Below, in pieces: positions 12,420-25,090 of a stretch of 64,000 nt of DNA. The stretch covers positions 106,144,001 to 106,208,000 of the forward strand of contig NC_043004.1 of the NCBI RefSeq assembly GCF_006345805.1, read 5' to 3'. Every line of letters begins with the position of its first letter. The first letter of the stretch is position 1. A program made the translations under genes and the position numbers. Origin of the DNA: Octopus sinensis. Taxonomy: Eukaryota. Below the pieces are notes generated by a model. The model saw only the letters and a program-made list of their open reading frames with translations. It was not told where the DNA came from and did no database searches.

Positions 12420-13010
12420 CTCATTGACCAATCTCCTCCACACTTCCCTCTCCTCCATCATCTCTGCAATACTTTTCTTTTTTTTTTTTCTAGTGTTTGT
12501 TTCAATGTTTGTTTCCTCCAACAACTGTCGCACATATGTTCCACAATGTCAGCCTCATTTTCCTTTTTCCATCTACTGGTTCCCATAGTGATAGTTTGCA
12601 TTCAACTTCATCTTTCCTTTCCCAACTGTCTGCTACAAACATAAGTCCATTTTGTTTGATAGTTTCTCTTAATAACAATATATTTCCATATAGCCGTACT
12701 GTTCATAAAATTGGTAAATATTTTTCACAGTCCTTAACATCTTGGTTTATGTTCCATTTAATCAAGCACTCAAATCCATATATCAGCAGGCTTTCTACAG
12801 CAGCTCTAAAAAGCCATATTTTGAGGTTATTAAATAGATTTGGCTTTGCATATTTTGTTCATTACATACCATGTTAATTCAAGTCTTACTTCACTTTCTC
12901 CCTTTTCAGCTTTCTATTCAGGATCTTAAATAGTTGAAGTCATTTACACGTTTCAAGCTTGTACCTCTTGATTTCGCATATATATGTTGCTGATGATTTC
13001 ATATAAATTT
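12420..13010 (-). mobile_element. Decayed RTE-clade LINE ORF2 C-terminal fragment
   Basis: Minus-strand translation fragments LKRVNDFNYLRS*I and NLKIWLFRAAVESLLIYGFEC, matching RTE motifs V..F.YLGS and KI.LF.A.V.S.LLYG.E; stops and frameshifts present. Confidence 0.75.
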
Positions 13011-13144
13011 AATGCATAATATATGGATTTAACTAATTGGCTGGTACTCAGAGAAAAGCTCCTTTTAATGGATCAGGCTACAAACCAAAATGATATGGAT
13101 ATCAACTGATGAAATAAATTTATTCATTTTATGCCTCCTCTTTC

Positions 13145-13208
<64 letters not shown>

Positions 13209-13220
13209 GGCATGTAAACA

Positions 13221-13625
13221 TCAGCATTTTAATGTCCACTTTTCCATGCTTGCATGTGTCAGATGGTATTTAATGAGCCAAATATTCTACTGCTAGGTGC
13301 CCTTCCTGTCACCAACACTTAGCTCTTTCCAAGTAAAATAATATTTCCCTGTTGCCAGATATGTTTTTGCAGGATATTGGAAATGAATGACATTGATTTA
13401 CAGTGATCCCATGATGGCTGGACAAGGAAACACAAGCATACATGCACTTCTACATACATATACACATATACGACAGTCTTTTGTTTGTTTCCATCTACCA
13501 GTTCCACCCACTGGGCTTTGGTTGATCCATGGTTATAGTAGAAGACACTTGAACCCAAGGTGCCACATAGTGAGACTGAACCCTGAGCCATATAGTTAGG
13601 AGACAAATTTCTTAACTACAGTCAA
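13221..13625 (-). mobile_element. SINE family 1 with tail B variant
   Basis: Reverse complement matches 51525-51973. Confidence 0.8.
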
Positions 13626-14069
13626 ATCTACATGTATATTTATGTATGTATTAGTTTGTGGTTCAGAAAATGCCTCAAACCAAATGGAATGAACCAACAG
13701 GTATGTGAAGTGTTAAATTGATAGCATGACAGATGTAGTATCAGTTTGGCAACACATGCCCTAAAGTTGGAATCTTACGAGAACATTCTTTGGGGCAATA
13801 AATATACAATGTACGAAAATGTCATTGAAGAGAGCAAGTAGAAATGTGTAGCTCTACACCATAGGGGGTGATGAAAAATGAATAACACCATGTGCTATCA
13901 GCTTTCTTGCTTTGGAAGCATACTCTGGGACCCAGTGTTTCATTGGCTGCATGTCTTTGCTAGTACTTAAATATGTCAAGTAATTCCTTTAGATCTTGCT
14001 ACAGATGTGCGTCACACCCTTGGGTAAAGATGTATTATTTTGTTTGCCTCAGTATAGGTATATAAAGCA

Positions 14070-14372
14070 TTGGTGATGGTGCCACATAAAATGCCGTGGT
14101 GAAGGTGCCACGTAAAATGCAGTGGTGTTGGTGTCATATAAAATGCACTGGTGATGTGCCACAAAATGTAGTGGTGATGGTGTTGCATAAGAATCACTGG
14201 TGCTCATGCCACATAAAAAGCATACAGTACATTCTGTAAAGTGGTTGGCTTTAAGGACATCCAGTTGTAGAAACCAAGCCAAAACAAACTGACCCCTGGC
14301 CTTGCTGGCACCTGTCAAGCTAACTCATACCAACATGAAAAGCAGGTGTTGAATGATAAATGATGATGATAA
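14070..14372 (+). mobile_element. Tail-B SINE module with ~25-bp tandem expansion
   Basis: About 6 units of TGGTGNTGGTGCCACRTAAAATGC followed by the tail-B sequence. Confidence 0.75.
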
Positions 14373-14536
14373 GTCTCAAGTATGAAGAGTAAGCTGTTGT
14401 TGTTTAGCACTAATATAGCCTTGATCAGTAAAACCTATGATCAAAAGTAAGGTAATTCAACCATGACTATCTCATCTTGTTTCAAACAGTTTATAAGGAT
14501 TACGTTATCTAATGCAATGTGGACTTATGTCTTTAA

Positions 14537-14754
14537 CCCTTCGGCATTTAAACTGGCCATATCCAGCCAAAATATTCTACCTGTTTTATGTTCAAACTGA
14601 CCAGATCTGGCCTGTGGCACTAGCCCTACAATATCATTCTAAAAATTAAGTCACTTCTTCAAAATCTCAGAGCTACAAGATAATGCAAAATTAATTCAAA
14701 ACATTGTGAATACATAAGAATTAATTTTGGCAGAATAATGTGAATGCTTAAGAG
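14537..14754 (-). mobile_element. piggyBac MITE (family P2), reverse orientation
   Basis: TTAA at 14533-14536 and 14755-14758; internal sequence is the reverse complement of 11152-11369. Confidence 0.85.
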
Positions 14755-15007
14755 TTAAAACTGCAGGATGTGAGTCAAAGACATTTAACTGCCATTTCTA
14801 GCATGATGAGCTACCAAATAGAGGCTCAGTCTTTGAATTGTGAATTGGAAGTTGTTCTATTAGATGTGCTAAATGAACCAGATTGAATGATATTCTTTGT
14901 TTAAAGATGTAAAGGTACATTGGTACTTGAGTGGTAGAGTATAAACTTCCTTTGAGGAGGATATTTTTGTTGAGGGTGGATCTCCTACCCATTGCTAATT
15001 TCTTTAA

Positions 15008-15217
15008 CCCTTTAGCATTCATATTACTTATCAAATCTAATGCTTATTTAATCACATTGTTTTGAATTTATCATGCATCATCTCATAGCTTTGAGATTTC
15101 AGTGATGTGATTATGTATTTTTAAAATGACATCTTAGAGTAGGCGCGAGAGGCTGGATCTGGCTGGTTTGAACATAAGACTGGTTGGATATTTGGGCCAG
15201 ATTAAATGCTGAAAGAG
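15008..15217 (+). mobile_element. piggyBac MITE (family P2)
   Basis: TTAA + CCCTTTAGCATT ... AATGCTGAAAGAG + TTAA. Confidence 0.9.
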
Positions 15218-17402
15218 TTAAACAATGCCAAAGAACAAGCTCCATTAAATGCAACAAAATTTGAATTTACTCATTCAGTACCTCAACTCTGTAACTGTAT
15301 AAAAGTTTGTTTCAAATCTTCCTGGTAAATATGTGTTTCTGTTTAATCTTCACATGAATATAAGAATATCTGCTTCAGAATTCAGAAATCTTTTTAAAAA
15401 GCTATGCATATAACAATGGTCCTTGTCTCTCAGACATTCCCCAAATTTTTTTGTATTATGGCTCCAGTGGTTATGTTTATTCTGAGGTCTCCTAATCTGA
15501 TGCAGTCAAGGTTTCCAATCGCAACACCATCCTTTCAAACAAAAGCATTCACTGTCATTACGACACATCAGTTGGTCTGCACAAAGAAAATAACAATGAT
15601 AAGTGAGGGCATGAAAAATTGTGTCCAGAGCTTATAAATATATTTATAAGCTCTGTAAACCTACTAAATACTGTTCTAGTTTGATAAGACCATTTAGTTT
15701 ATCTCTTCAAATTTCTCTTTCTATTTTTGTACAAACAATCTTGAAACAATTAAAAAATAATATTTTAGTGAGTAATTTGATGTTAATCATGAACCAGAGG
15801 TTCCTTTAATCTCTGCTTAACTTGTTAGGTATGCCAGCCTGGTTATAAGCCTTTGGTATGACGACATTCCTTAGATTAGAATCCTGATCCTTCAGCTATT
15901 TTTTCTTCCTTCCATGTTCCTAGTTCACTGATTATTTGTCCTTAAGCTCTTATAGATATTCTATGGTCGCTGTTCCATAAAGATTGTGTATGCTTCAGAA
16001 GACAGGTTTTCATGTCTGTTTACTGTGCTGAAATGCTTGTTACATCTCCATTTCAAGTGGAACTCCAGCAACAGCCTCTCTTTGTAAGGATTTGCTGGGA
16101 CTTATAGAATTCAGCAATGTTGTAGATGTCTTGGGTTATGAAGTCTTGCTGTGGCCACCAGTTTCAAGTTGTGTTACCTCGTTATTGCTGGTTAATCAGA
16201 TGGATCATCTGACTTGATGGCAGTCATCAACTTCAAGCCTGTTGGGACACATGGCAGCTACTCGATTACATTTCCCAAGTGTGTTTTGGTTACATGAAAG
16301 GTATCTTCTATATAAAGAAAATATATGAAGTTTGTGATTTAGGCTTCAGTTTTTCATCAGTGAATTAGAATAGTATTCATTTTTGTTTGCTTTCAGTATG
16401 ATTCTTTTCTCTAAAAATTGAGCTGTCAGTTCTCATATTTGGAAGAAATCAACCTTATTGACTTCCAGATGAAATAAGTGTTTGTGGCTTACAAACTTTT
16501 CCTAAGGACATAGTAAATGAAATATATTTGACCTGCTATCAAACCTAGCTCACAGACCGAGTCCATTATGGGTCCAGTATATATGTTAAGGCACTCCATA
16601 TATGAACTTGAAAATTTGAAATATTTTCTGCTTGAGTAGCATGAGACAAGTAAATTGGAGTTATGGTGGGTCTCTTGCGCAATGTATCATTTGAATAATC
16701 TGTGACCTAGAGGTCATGAGTTGAATTCTCTGGTGATTCACAGTGTTTCACTAGCTGAAAATTCAAGACTAAAAGTGACTATAAGCAGATTCTGTGACCT
16801 GTAAATTTTTTAACAAATAGGAGACCTAAATTATCATTATCTTCGTAATTTTAACATCCACTTTTCCATGCTTGTATGAGTCAAAGTTTATTGAAGCAGA
16901 TTTTTTTTATTGCTGGATGCCCTTCCTGTCACCAACCTTCACCTCTTTCAAAGCAAAGTAGTATTTTTCATGGCCAAACATGTTCTCATAGCACTTTCTC
17001 ATCAGTTGACTATATGTTTACTGAAAGGAATCATTGCAGCCGATTGTAAAGCAATATGCAAAATATAATTCAGTCGGGAAATGCTACCTGATTGCACTAC
17101 AAGAATTCCACAAAATATGTGTAAAATAGCTATGGAAGTTTTGCCGCTTGCGAAATACAAACCAAAATTAAACACAGATACATCGTATGTAAAAGAATAA
17201 CTTGTGATATCATGCTGTCTGTCAGAACTTACCATTATATAGTTGTAAATTCAATGTTGAGGATTTTATCAGCTCTAAAATTATTCCCAAGGCTCTTTGC
17301 GACTTTCTACAAAACGTGCAGAATACTCACCATAACAACAGTTTATTTTGAAAATGAGTTTGTGAAAGCCTTGAAGTATCAGAAAAGTAGGTCTATGAAC
17401 AT

Positions 17403-17782
17403 GGTTGCGGGCATGGGTATGTGGTTAGGAAGTTTGCTTTGCAACCACATGGTTTTGGGTTCAGTCCCACTATGCAGCAAGCTTGAGCAAATATCATCTA
17501 CTATAGCCCCCAGGCCAGCCAACACTTGTGAGTGAATTTGGTAGACGGAAACTGTGAAAAAACCCATAGAATATATAAGGCTGTTTGTGTTTGTTTCCTC
17601 ACTAACACATGACCACTGGTGCTGGTTTGTTTACATCCCTGTAACTTAGTGGTTCAGCAAAAGATATCAATAGAATAGGTACCATATTTAAAAATTAGTA
17701 CTGGAGTTGATTTGTTTGACTAAGCCCTTCAAGGTGTACCCCAGTATGGCCACATTCCAGTGACTGAAACAAGTAAAAGAAG
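17403..17782 (+). mobile_element. SINE family 1 with tail A
   Basis: Colinear with 38567-38960. Confidence 0.85.
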
Positions 17783-17897
17783 ATTATTGCTCCAAACAAA
17801 ACATGAAGAACTAATAAAACCCAAAAAAAAACCCTTGAATAACAAGGAATTTATCAAATTAAACATGGTCATATTTTTAATAATGTGTGAAAGAAAA

Positions 17898-18252
17898 GCT
17901 GGACTGTGTGGTAAGTAACTTGCTTACAACCACATGGTTCAAGGTTTAGTCCCATTGCGTGGCACCTTAGGCAAATGTCTCCTGCTATAACCCTGGGCCG
18001 ACCAAAGCCTTGTGAGTGGATTTGGTAGATAGAAACTGAAAGAAGCCTGTCATATATGTGTTTGTGTTCCCCCCCCCCACCATTGCTTGACAACAGATGC
18101 TGGTGTGTTTACATCCCTGTAACTTAGTGGTTTGGCAAAAGAGACCAATATAAGTACTAGGCTTACAAAGAACAAGTCCTGGGGTTGATTTGTTTGACTA
18201 AAGGCGGTGCTCCAGCATGGCCACAGTCAAATGACTGAAACAGATAAAAGAA
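17898..18252 (+). mobile_element. SINE family 1 with tail A
   Basis: Colinear with 38567-38960; tail GGCGGTGCTCCAGCATGGCCACAGTCAAATGACTGAAAC. Confidence 0.9.
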
Positions 18253-19364
18253 TATATTATCCTACAGCACCCAGTACCCATGTTGGGTACTCTTCAAACC
18301 CCCAGCCTTGTTAATTGTCGACACAGTGCTTGTAGCAACTCCATTTAATGACCTTGATTGATTAAACTTGTTTTCTCCTTTCCACTAGAGGTAGAGATGT
18401 TTGGTGTCAGATAATGTTAGCAAGTCCTCCTCCCCTTTTCTTACATATACGGTGGTGGTGGGAGATGTTGCTGTTAGGAATAGGATTGTGTTGTGTATGT
18501 GTGTGTTCATGTATATATATATTACATGCATACATACACAAGTTTTCTTTTAATTGATCCACAAATCCCCACCCACTTATATGTAAGAGTTTTGTTAATT
18601 TTTTCACGTAAAGAGCTGAGGACATATATGTAATTATCACTGCAACCCCGCTCCACACACGCATGCAAGCGCACATGCACAAAGCTTGTACAGAAAAGCA
18701 TACATTTACATATGTACACAGCTTGTGCAGAGAAGCACGCTCACAGACATACACAAACACACACACACACATATTAATATATATTGAGCCTAGTTGAGGT
18801 CACTCAATCTGTTATAAATAGCAGCCAGTTCTCCTTCAAATTACTTCCTACCATCTTCAAAAGGGTCACATTGGATAACATAGTCTTAGACGTACAAAAA
18901 GACATGCTAGTCGTAAATGGAAAGCCTTTAAAAATTACTCCTGCTCAGGAGTTGACTGGAGCTAAATAGCAACCATTAAACACAGATCCACACAGACAGC
19001 AACATCTACATCAAATATATGAATATAAATCTGCACAAATAGTCTATACATGCAATCGCTGCCCTCCCATAGCTACAGACACATACCAACCAAGTATTTC
19101 TTCACCACTCCTTAGACTAATTATGTCAGTCTGTGTATATATGTTCATTGGATTTAACTAACATGTAACTGATGACATTGAGAGAGACAGACGGAGTGAT
19201 AGTGAGGGAGCACATTAAAAGGAGATAGAGTGAGTTGTAGATGAGAGATTAATGAAGAGAGTGGGAGAGCAGTAGATGAAGACTTAATATGAATATAATG
19301 GTTGAGAAAAACCCAAATCTAGATGTTAATAACATCTCAGTTTCCATTACCACCACCACTACCA

Positions 19365-19840
19365 TTATTGTTTCTTATCCATTTTTCCTTTGCTTATATG
19401 GGTTGAGCAGGTCTTTTCTTGCACAGCATTTATCAGCCATCATTTCCTTTGTCAGGTTAAGGCTTCCTATTCCACAAGTTCCATCTGTTTGGAAACACCT
19501 GACATCCTCTATATGCATCACATGCCTGTAAAAACATACTCTTCTCCCTTGCAGTCTACATACAATTCCGCTGGTATCCAGTTTTTCTCTCACCTCATTT
19601 CTGCTCCATCATTCATGCATCCTAACATTACATACCCAAAGGAGCATGCTCTTACTATTTCCTTTCAAACTTAGCAAATTCTTTGCATCCACAATGAATA
19701 TCTCTGTGCTATGCAACATAGTGCTTCTCTGCTTCACATATAAGCATCATCATGCTGGCTGCCTTTCACTCTAAAGGTGAAAATGTTGCCAGCAGATTTA
19801 ATAATTCCTGAACTCTTCTACCCTGTTCTTGCTATCATGG
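19365..19840 (-). mobile_element. Decayed RTE (BovB-like) LINE 3' end
   Basis: Minus-strand fragments SMLLWVCNVRMHE and REKLDTSGIVCRLQGRRVCFYRHVMHIED..GTCGIG resemble RTE MLRWMC.V...LREKLG...RRLRWYGHV.R; 3' UTR CAACCCATATAAGCAAAGGAAAAATGGAT. Confidence 0.75.
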
Positions 19841-21377
19841 CTCTGCTTTCAAAACACTGCTATTAGGTCACCAAAATCCATGGTTCTCAAATTTTAATTT
19901 GTGATAAAAATCAGGATTTTTCCAAAGTTGTTATGTCCTGTCTTGGGTCAGAGAGACTACTGAGTACAGAGGTAGTTGGTGGTGTGGAGAGGACAAAGGA
20001 CCAACAATAGAATATCAGATATTTCATTTAAAAGCTACTTGTAGCAGTCAATCTAAAATCAGCTGAGAATTTCATTTTTTTAAGAATTATATTAAGGTGC
20101 ATAAATTTTCTCAGGTGCCTGGGATTCTCTTTAAAAGTAGTTGTAAGCTTGTGTGTGATAATAGGTCTGAATTTCTGCAAAGTTTCCTTGAAAAAAATTC
20201 CAGAATTTCTGTATTTAGTATTATTATTAGCCCTTGTAATAATAGTAAATTAGTATTTATATCATAAACCTTTATAAATGAGAGAAATAATTCTTTGAGA
20301 TGGTGAGTCTTGAGGCAGACAAAGCTGTAAACAGTAGTGTATAAATATTGGGTTTAAAAACCTCTTGGATAGAAAATACAAATTTTATTTTTATTGTTCA
20401 TGGTTTAATAAATTCATCAAAAGTTTCTTTCCTTTTATCAATTAGAACAAGATTCATTTTGGAAATACATTTAAGCTTTATGGTGATTGGGGATGTCTGA
20501 ATTAATTGGCCATTGAACAAAATGCCTTGTGGAAAGTACCTTTGCCTGTCGGCATTCTTTTCAGCCTTCACCAATCCTCTGCTTTGGAAGCCAACATTTC
20601 ATTATCACATTGTAGACAAGCATCATCATGCAGTCATCCAGCAGAGGCAGTTGTTCCCTGAACTTTTTCTCTTCTGTTCTTTGGTCAATAAAACAATTAC
20701 CTGTTAATTACTGGGGTTGATATGTGACTTAACCGTAAAGGTAGTACCCTAGCATTGTCACATTCCAGTAACTGAAACCAGTTAAAGATTAAATCCTGCA
20801 GGAGGATTCTCCAGCAGCATATATTATAGTTCTTTGAATTACTACATCCTGGAACATGCTTATGGCTATCTTTATAAGTCAGTTGTCAATGTCTTTAACA
20901 GAGGTGGTTGTTTATCTTTCTGATAGTGTGAATTACAAATGGTTGTCACAGACACATTCCTTAACTCTCTCACTGTCTTTAATTCATCAGCTTAGTCTGC
21001 ATAATTCCTTATCTTTTTGGCTTGCTTCTGCACAACATTGTAGCCATTTGGCATTGCTATGCCATTTAACATAATATTTTCATTGTATCATGTCATGTAA
21101 ATTATGCTGAGTATGATATGATATCTGAAGGTCTGTCTGCAAGTTTAAGTTTCACCGTATTTCTGAGTGGAAAAACCAGTAAAGTGTTGGAAAACGCTTT
21201 TTTGCTATTTAGTTATGTTTCTGAGTTCAAATTCCAATGAGATTGATTTTTGCCTTTGGGATGAATAAATTAAATATCACTAGTGTACCGGAACTTGATT
21301 CAGTGGCCTACAGCTTTTCTTCACAAACTTGTATTCCTGTACCAAAATAAGAACTCATTGTTATTATTGCTATTACT

Positions 21378-21598
21378 GAAAGGTGACGAACTGGCAGAAA
21401 CTTCAGTACACCAGGCAAAATTCTTAGCTGCATTTCATCTGTCTTTATATTCCAAAATTCAAATTCTGCTGATGGGGGGGGGGTTATCCTTCATTGTTTC
21501 ATGATTGATGAAATAAGCACCTGTTGATTTCTGGGGTCAATGTAATCAACATATCCCCTGAAATTGCTGACCCCATGCCAAATTTTGCACCCATTATT
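21378..21598 (+). mobile_element. SINE family 2, degraded (another degraded copy directly upstream, ~21190-21350)
   Basis: GAAAGGTGACGAACTGGCAGAA...CTGGGGTCAATGTAATC...GCCAAATTTTG. Confidence 0.7.
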
Positions 21599-23179
21599 AC
21601 TAGTACTGTTTTGTCTCAGAATAAGCAGAGTGCTGAGCAAAATATTTTCCAATATGGAATGAAGTGATTGGACTCATTTGTGTGGATGCTGATGATTTGG
21701 CATGGCTCACTGGACGTTCAATCTGTTTTGGCAGCAGTTCTTTCTTTTAGTGTTGGCAGCAAGTATACATATATTTTCAGAAATATATACATACACTTAG
21801 AAAGAGTGAGGGACATAATTTATTAATTGAACATGATTGACCTGTTCAATTCCTCATAAAGAAATATGCTCACACACATAAAATGGAGAAAGATGTGGAA
21901 GGAAAAAGGAGAAATATATTTAAAATGTTTGATGCCAAATAAGCATTGAATCAGCAACACCAAATAGGTGGCACAAAAATGGTTATGCCAAGCTGCCTCA
22001 TACTCCTCTCTGTTAGGAGGCACGTGTGCACCCAATGATAACTTCCATTTGCTAAATTCAATAACAAGGCTTCGGTCAGCCTGAGGCAGAAGACAGTTGC
22101 CAAGGTGCCACTCGGTGGGATTGAACCTGAAACCATGTGGCTAAGAAGCAAGCTACTTACCACACAGCCATGCTTGCATCTTTGCAATATATAGATATAT
22201 CCCTATGTCTGAGTCCAAGTTATAGTTTGACTTTGCTTTTCATAATCTATAAATTGTTAAAATGGGCAGCTAAGGTTTAATTCCCAGTGTGAGCTGTTTT
22301 CATTCGACATAACTGACTTATGTTCTTTGAAAATGGACAAACACAGCAAATTTACTGATTTCCTTCTTGTAAAACTTCACAACACTACCATCAATATCAT
22401 TAATTCTACTCCCAAAGGATTGTGGATTAGCAGAATCGCTAGAGCATTTGACTAACTCTCTTGCAATATTTTGTTCCAAATTTGAAACCTGCCAAACTTT
22501 CAACTTATACTCTTATCATTTCAGAGTGTATGTGGGCTTTGTCATGTGGTCAATTTCTTATGAATCTCTTCAACATCTTTGTTCCATGGTCGGTGGGGTA
22601 CCAGCCAAGTGGTAGGGCTGCTGTAATTGACTGACACTCTTTTCTGAAAATCTGGCTTTCTACCTTTGTTAGAAACCAAACTCGTTAATTTTTCCTACCC
22701 ACAATACAAGTTTTTCCATTTACTCTCACTGTTGCTAGCAAATTTGTTGTTGAAGTGAGCTTCTTTTTTTTATACCAATGTTCTAGTTGTTGTTGTCATT
22801 TAGTCCCAGGTAATCAAGCATTCCAGCCATGGCAATCTTGTTCTGCATTACCCAGTGTGTTTTTTCTTAAAGATGGAAGAATGTGATTTGAGGAAAATTT
22901 GGTTGTTATTACTAACCAGTAGAGCTGCCACATATTAGCTTTCTTCTTGGTTAATCCAATTGGTATACAATTACCATTTTAGAAGTCATTTGGTGGGGTA
23001 GTTGTTACAAGAAGCAGAAACCCATGAAAATGTCCTCTTCTCTAGTTATGTCATTGGTGATGATGATGATGATGTGGAGGAGGAAAACAATTGAAAAAAA
23101 ACATAATTTTCTTTAGATATCTCTCCTTCCCCTACCAGATGCCAATGTCTGAAATATGTCACAGATTCAAACGATTTAA

Positions 23180-24647
23180 CCCTTTCGTTACTATATTTCT
23201 GACCAAAATACACCCCTCATGAGTTTCAATTAAATTCTAAAATAATCATGAATTTAGGCTTGTTTCATTAAATAACTGTAACTTTTTTACTTATCAACAT
23301 TTTAATGTGATATTTGGAACATAATTAAAGGAAGGGTTCTTAATCAATTCTATTGCATAACTTTTGTCTCAAAGTGACTTTAATTACAGGTAAATTCAGG
23401 TAAATTGAGCAAAAGGTAAAAATATTAAAATTTTAAATTGAGCAAAAGGTAAAAAATTAAAATTTTGTTTAAACATCACTATAGAAAATGAATCATCAGC
23501 TAATATTCAAATGGGTATGCAACAAAATTTTGATAAAGAAGAATTGTGCACATCACTAGATCAGTTGAATTTAATGCACAACAGGTACCATAAAGGTGAA
23601 ATAAACTGAAATATTGGAATCCACCGTAAGTTTGACCGAACTAAAGAAATCGGTCAAAAAATAATATACGGCCCTGGTTATGGAATGGAAGTGATAAATT
23701 CCAGACCACATCGTTCCCTAGGCCATGCTGACTAACATTATTTTCCCTGTATAAAAACTAAATCCACGCAGTACCCAGTATTTGCTTCACAAATTTCCCA
23801 AACTTTGAACCCCGATTTTAGGTTTGTTTACAATTTGCGTAAGTGTGTTTCCACATTGATCGCTTCAAACAATAACTTCCAGACCACATCGTACCCTAAG
23901 CCATGCTGACTAACATTAGTTTCCCTGTATAAAAACTAAATCCACAACAGTACCCAGTATTTGCTTCACAAATTTCCCAAACTTTGAACCCCGATTTTGG
24001 TTTGTTTACAATCTGCGTAAGTTTGTTTCCGAAGTGATCACTTCAAACTAGCATACTGAAAAAAATAAAAGTCTAATGGTTTCACTTCCTAAGAAAGGCT
24101 ATAGATAAACTTTATCTCCTCAGAAAAATTGCTAATAAAAACATTTTAAAAGTTTTTTTACTTCATTCCGATGTAAAATCGTCTTCGCTGTCGCCTTCGC
24201 CGCTTTGTTTCTTCGGAAGGCGCTGATTTCATCTTCGGATAAAAAAATATTCATTATTTTGTACACCACGTGCTTTAGTACCTATTTCATTCTTTTTCTC
24301 GATATCTCCCTATTTTCCGTTGACAAAGCTTTAAATTCGGAATCAATGCTTGATAACATGAAACTCCTATCCATTTTCAAAGTTGAAGAAAAATCGATGC
24401 CGAAAAACTTGTGGAAAAAAATCTCCCAAAATTCACTGAGTTGAGATATCACTTCAAGCAATGTCGGATACTATAACTTAACTATTTACAATGTGAAATC
24501 ACATGCTTTAACGAATGTACCAACGAGATTTGGGTTCGAATTTACATTTAAATAACAATGGGTTCTAACGGCCGGGTATGGCCGGGTTGGTACTTTGAAC
24601 CAAAAATTTTTCGGCCGGCTACGGCCGGGTTAGTAACGAAAGAGGGG
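23180..24647. mobile_element. Non-autonomous piggyBac element (~1.47 kb), same TIR family as MITE P1
   Basis: TTAA + CCCTTTCGTTACTA ... TAGTAACGAAAG(AG)GGG + TTGA; subterminal CGGCCGGGT repeats; CpG-richer than flanks; 178-bp internal direct repeat. Confidence 0.85.
23699..24048. repeat. 178-bp tandem duplication inside the piggyBac element
   Basis: TTCCAGACCACATCG...CTTCAAAC starts at 23699 and again at 23877, with few differences. Confidence 0.95.
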
Positions 24648-25090
24648 TTGATGTCAGAGGAATATTTTGGCTCCATGACCTCCTTATGTAAATCTCAGCT
24701 GTGGTTTCAGATAACTTCAACATGAATCAAGTGCTCTGGACAGGTGTCAGCTGGGAGACTGTTGTTGATCTCAAGAGATGAAGAGAAATAGATAGGTAGA
24801 GACGGAAAAGCTGCACTCTGCTATTCAAAAGTTAACCTTCAATATTTTTAGTTTGGACTTTGATAGTCATTTAATTTTGACAGAAGTGTGTGTGTGTGTG
24901 TGAGTGTTTAAAGTTTAAGGTTTCATACAGTTATAAGTCTAATCTCATGTTAAAAAACTGAGGATTATCACTTGAAATACCACAAAAACACCATACATTA
25001 TATTGAGTAGTCTCATTTGTAGTTGTATAACCAATCTATACATAGACACACACACACTATATATATATATATAATATATATATATATATA

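Noticed and set aside
15240-16020. Possible LINE endonuclease-domain remnant on the minus strand
   Set aside because: Only faint motif similarity by eye; needs a translated HMM search before it can be called
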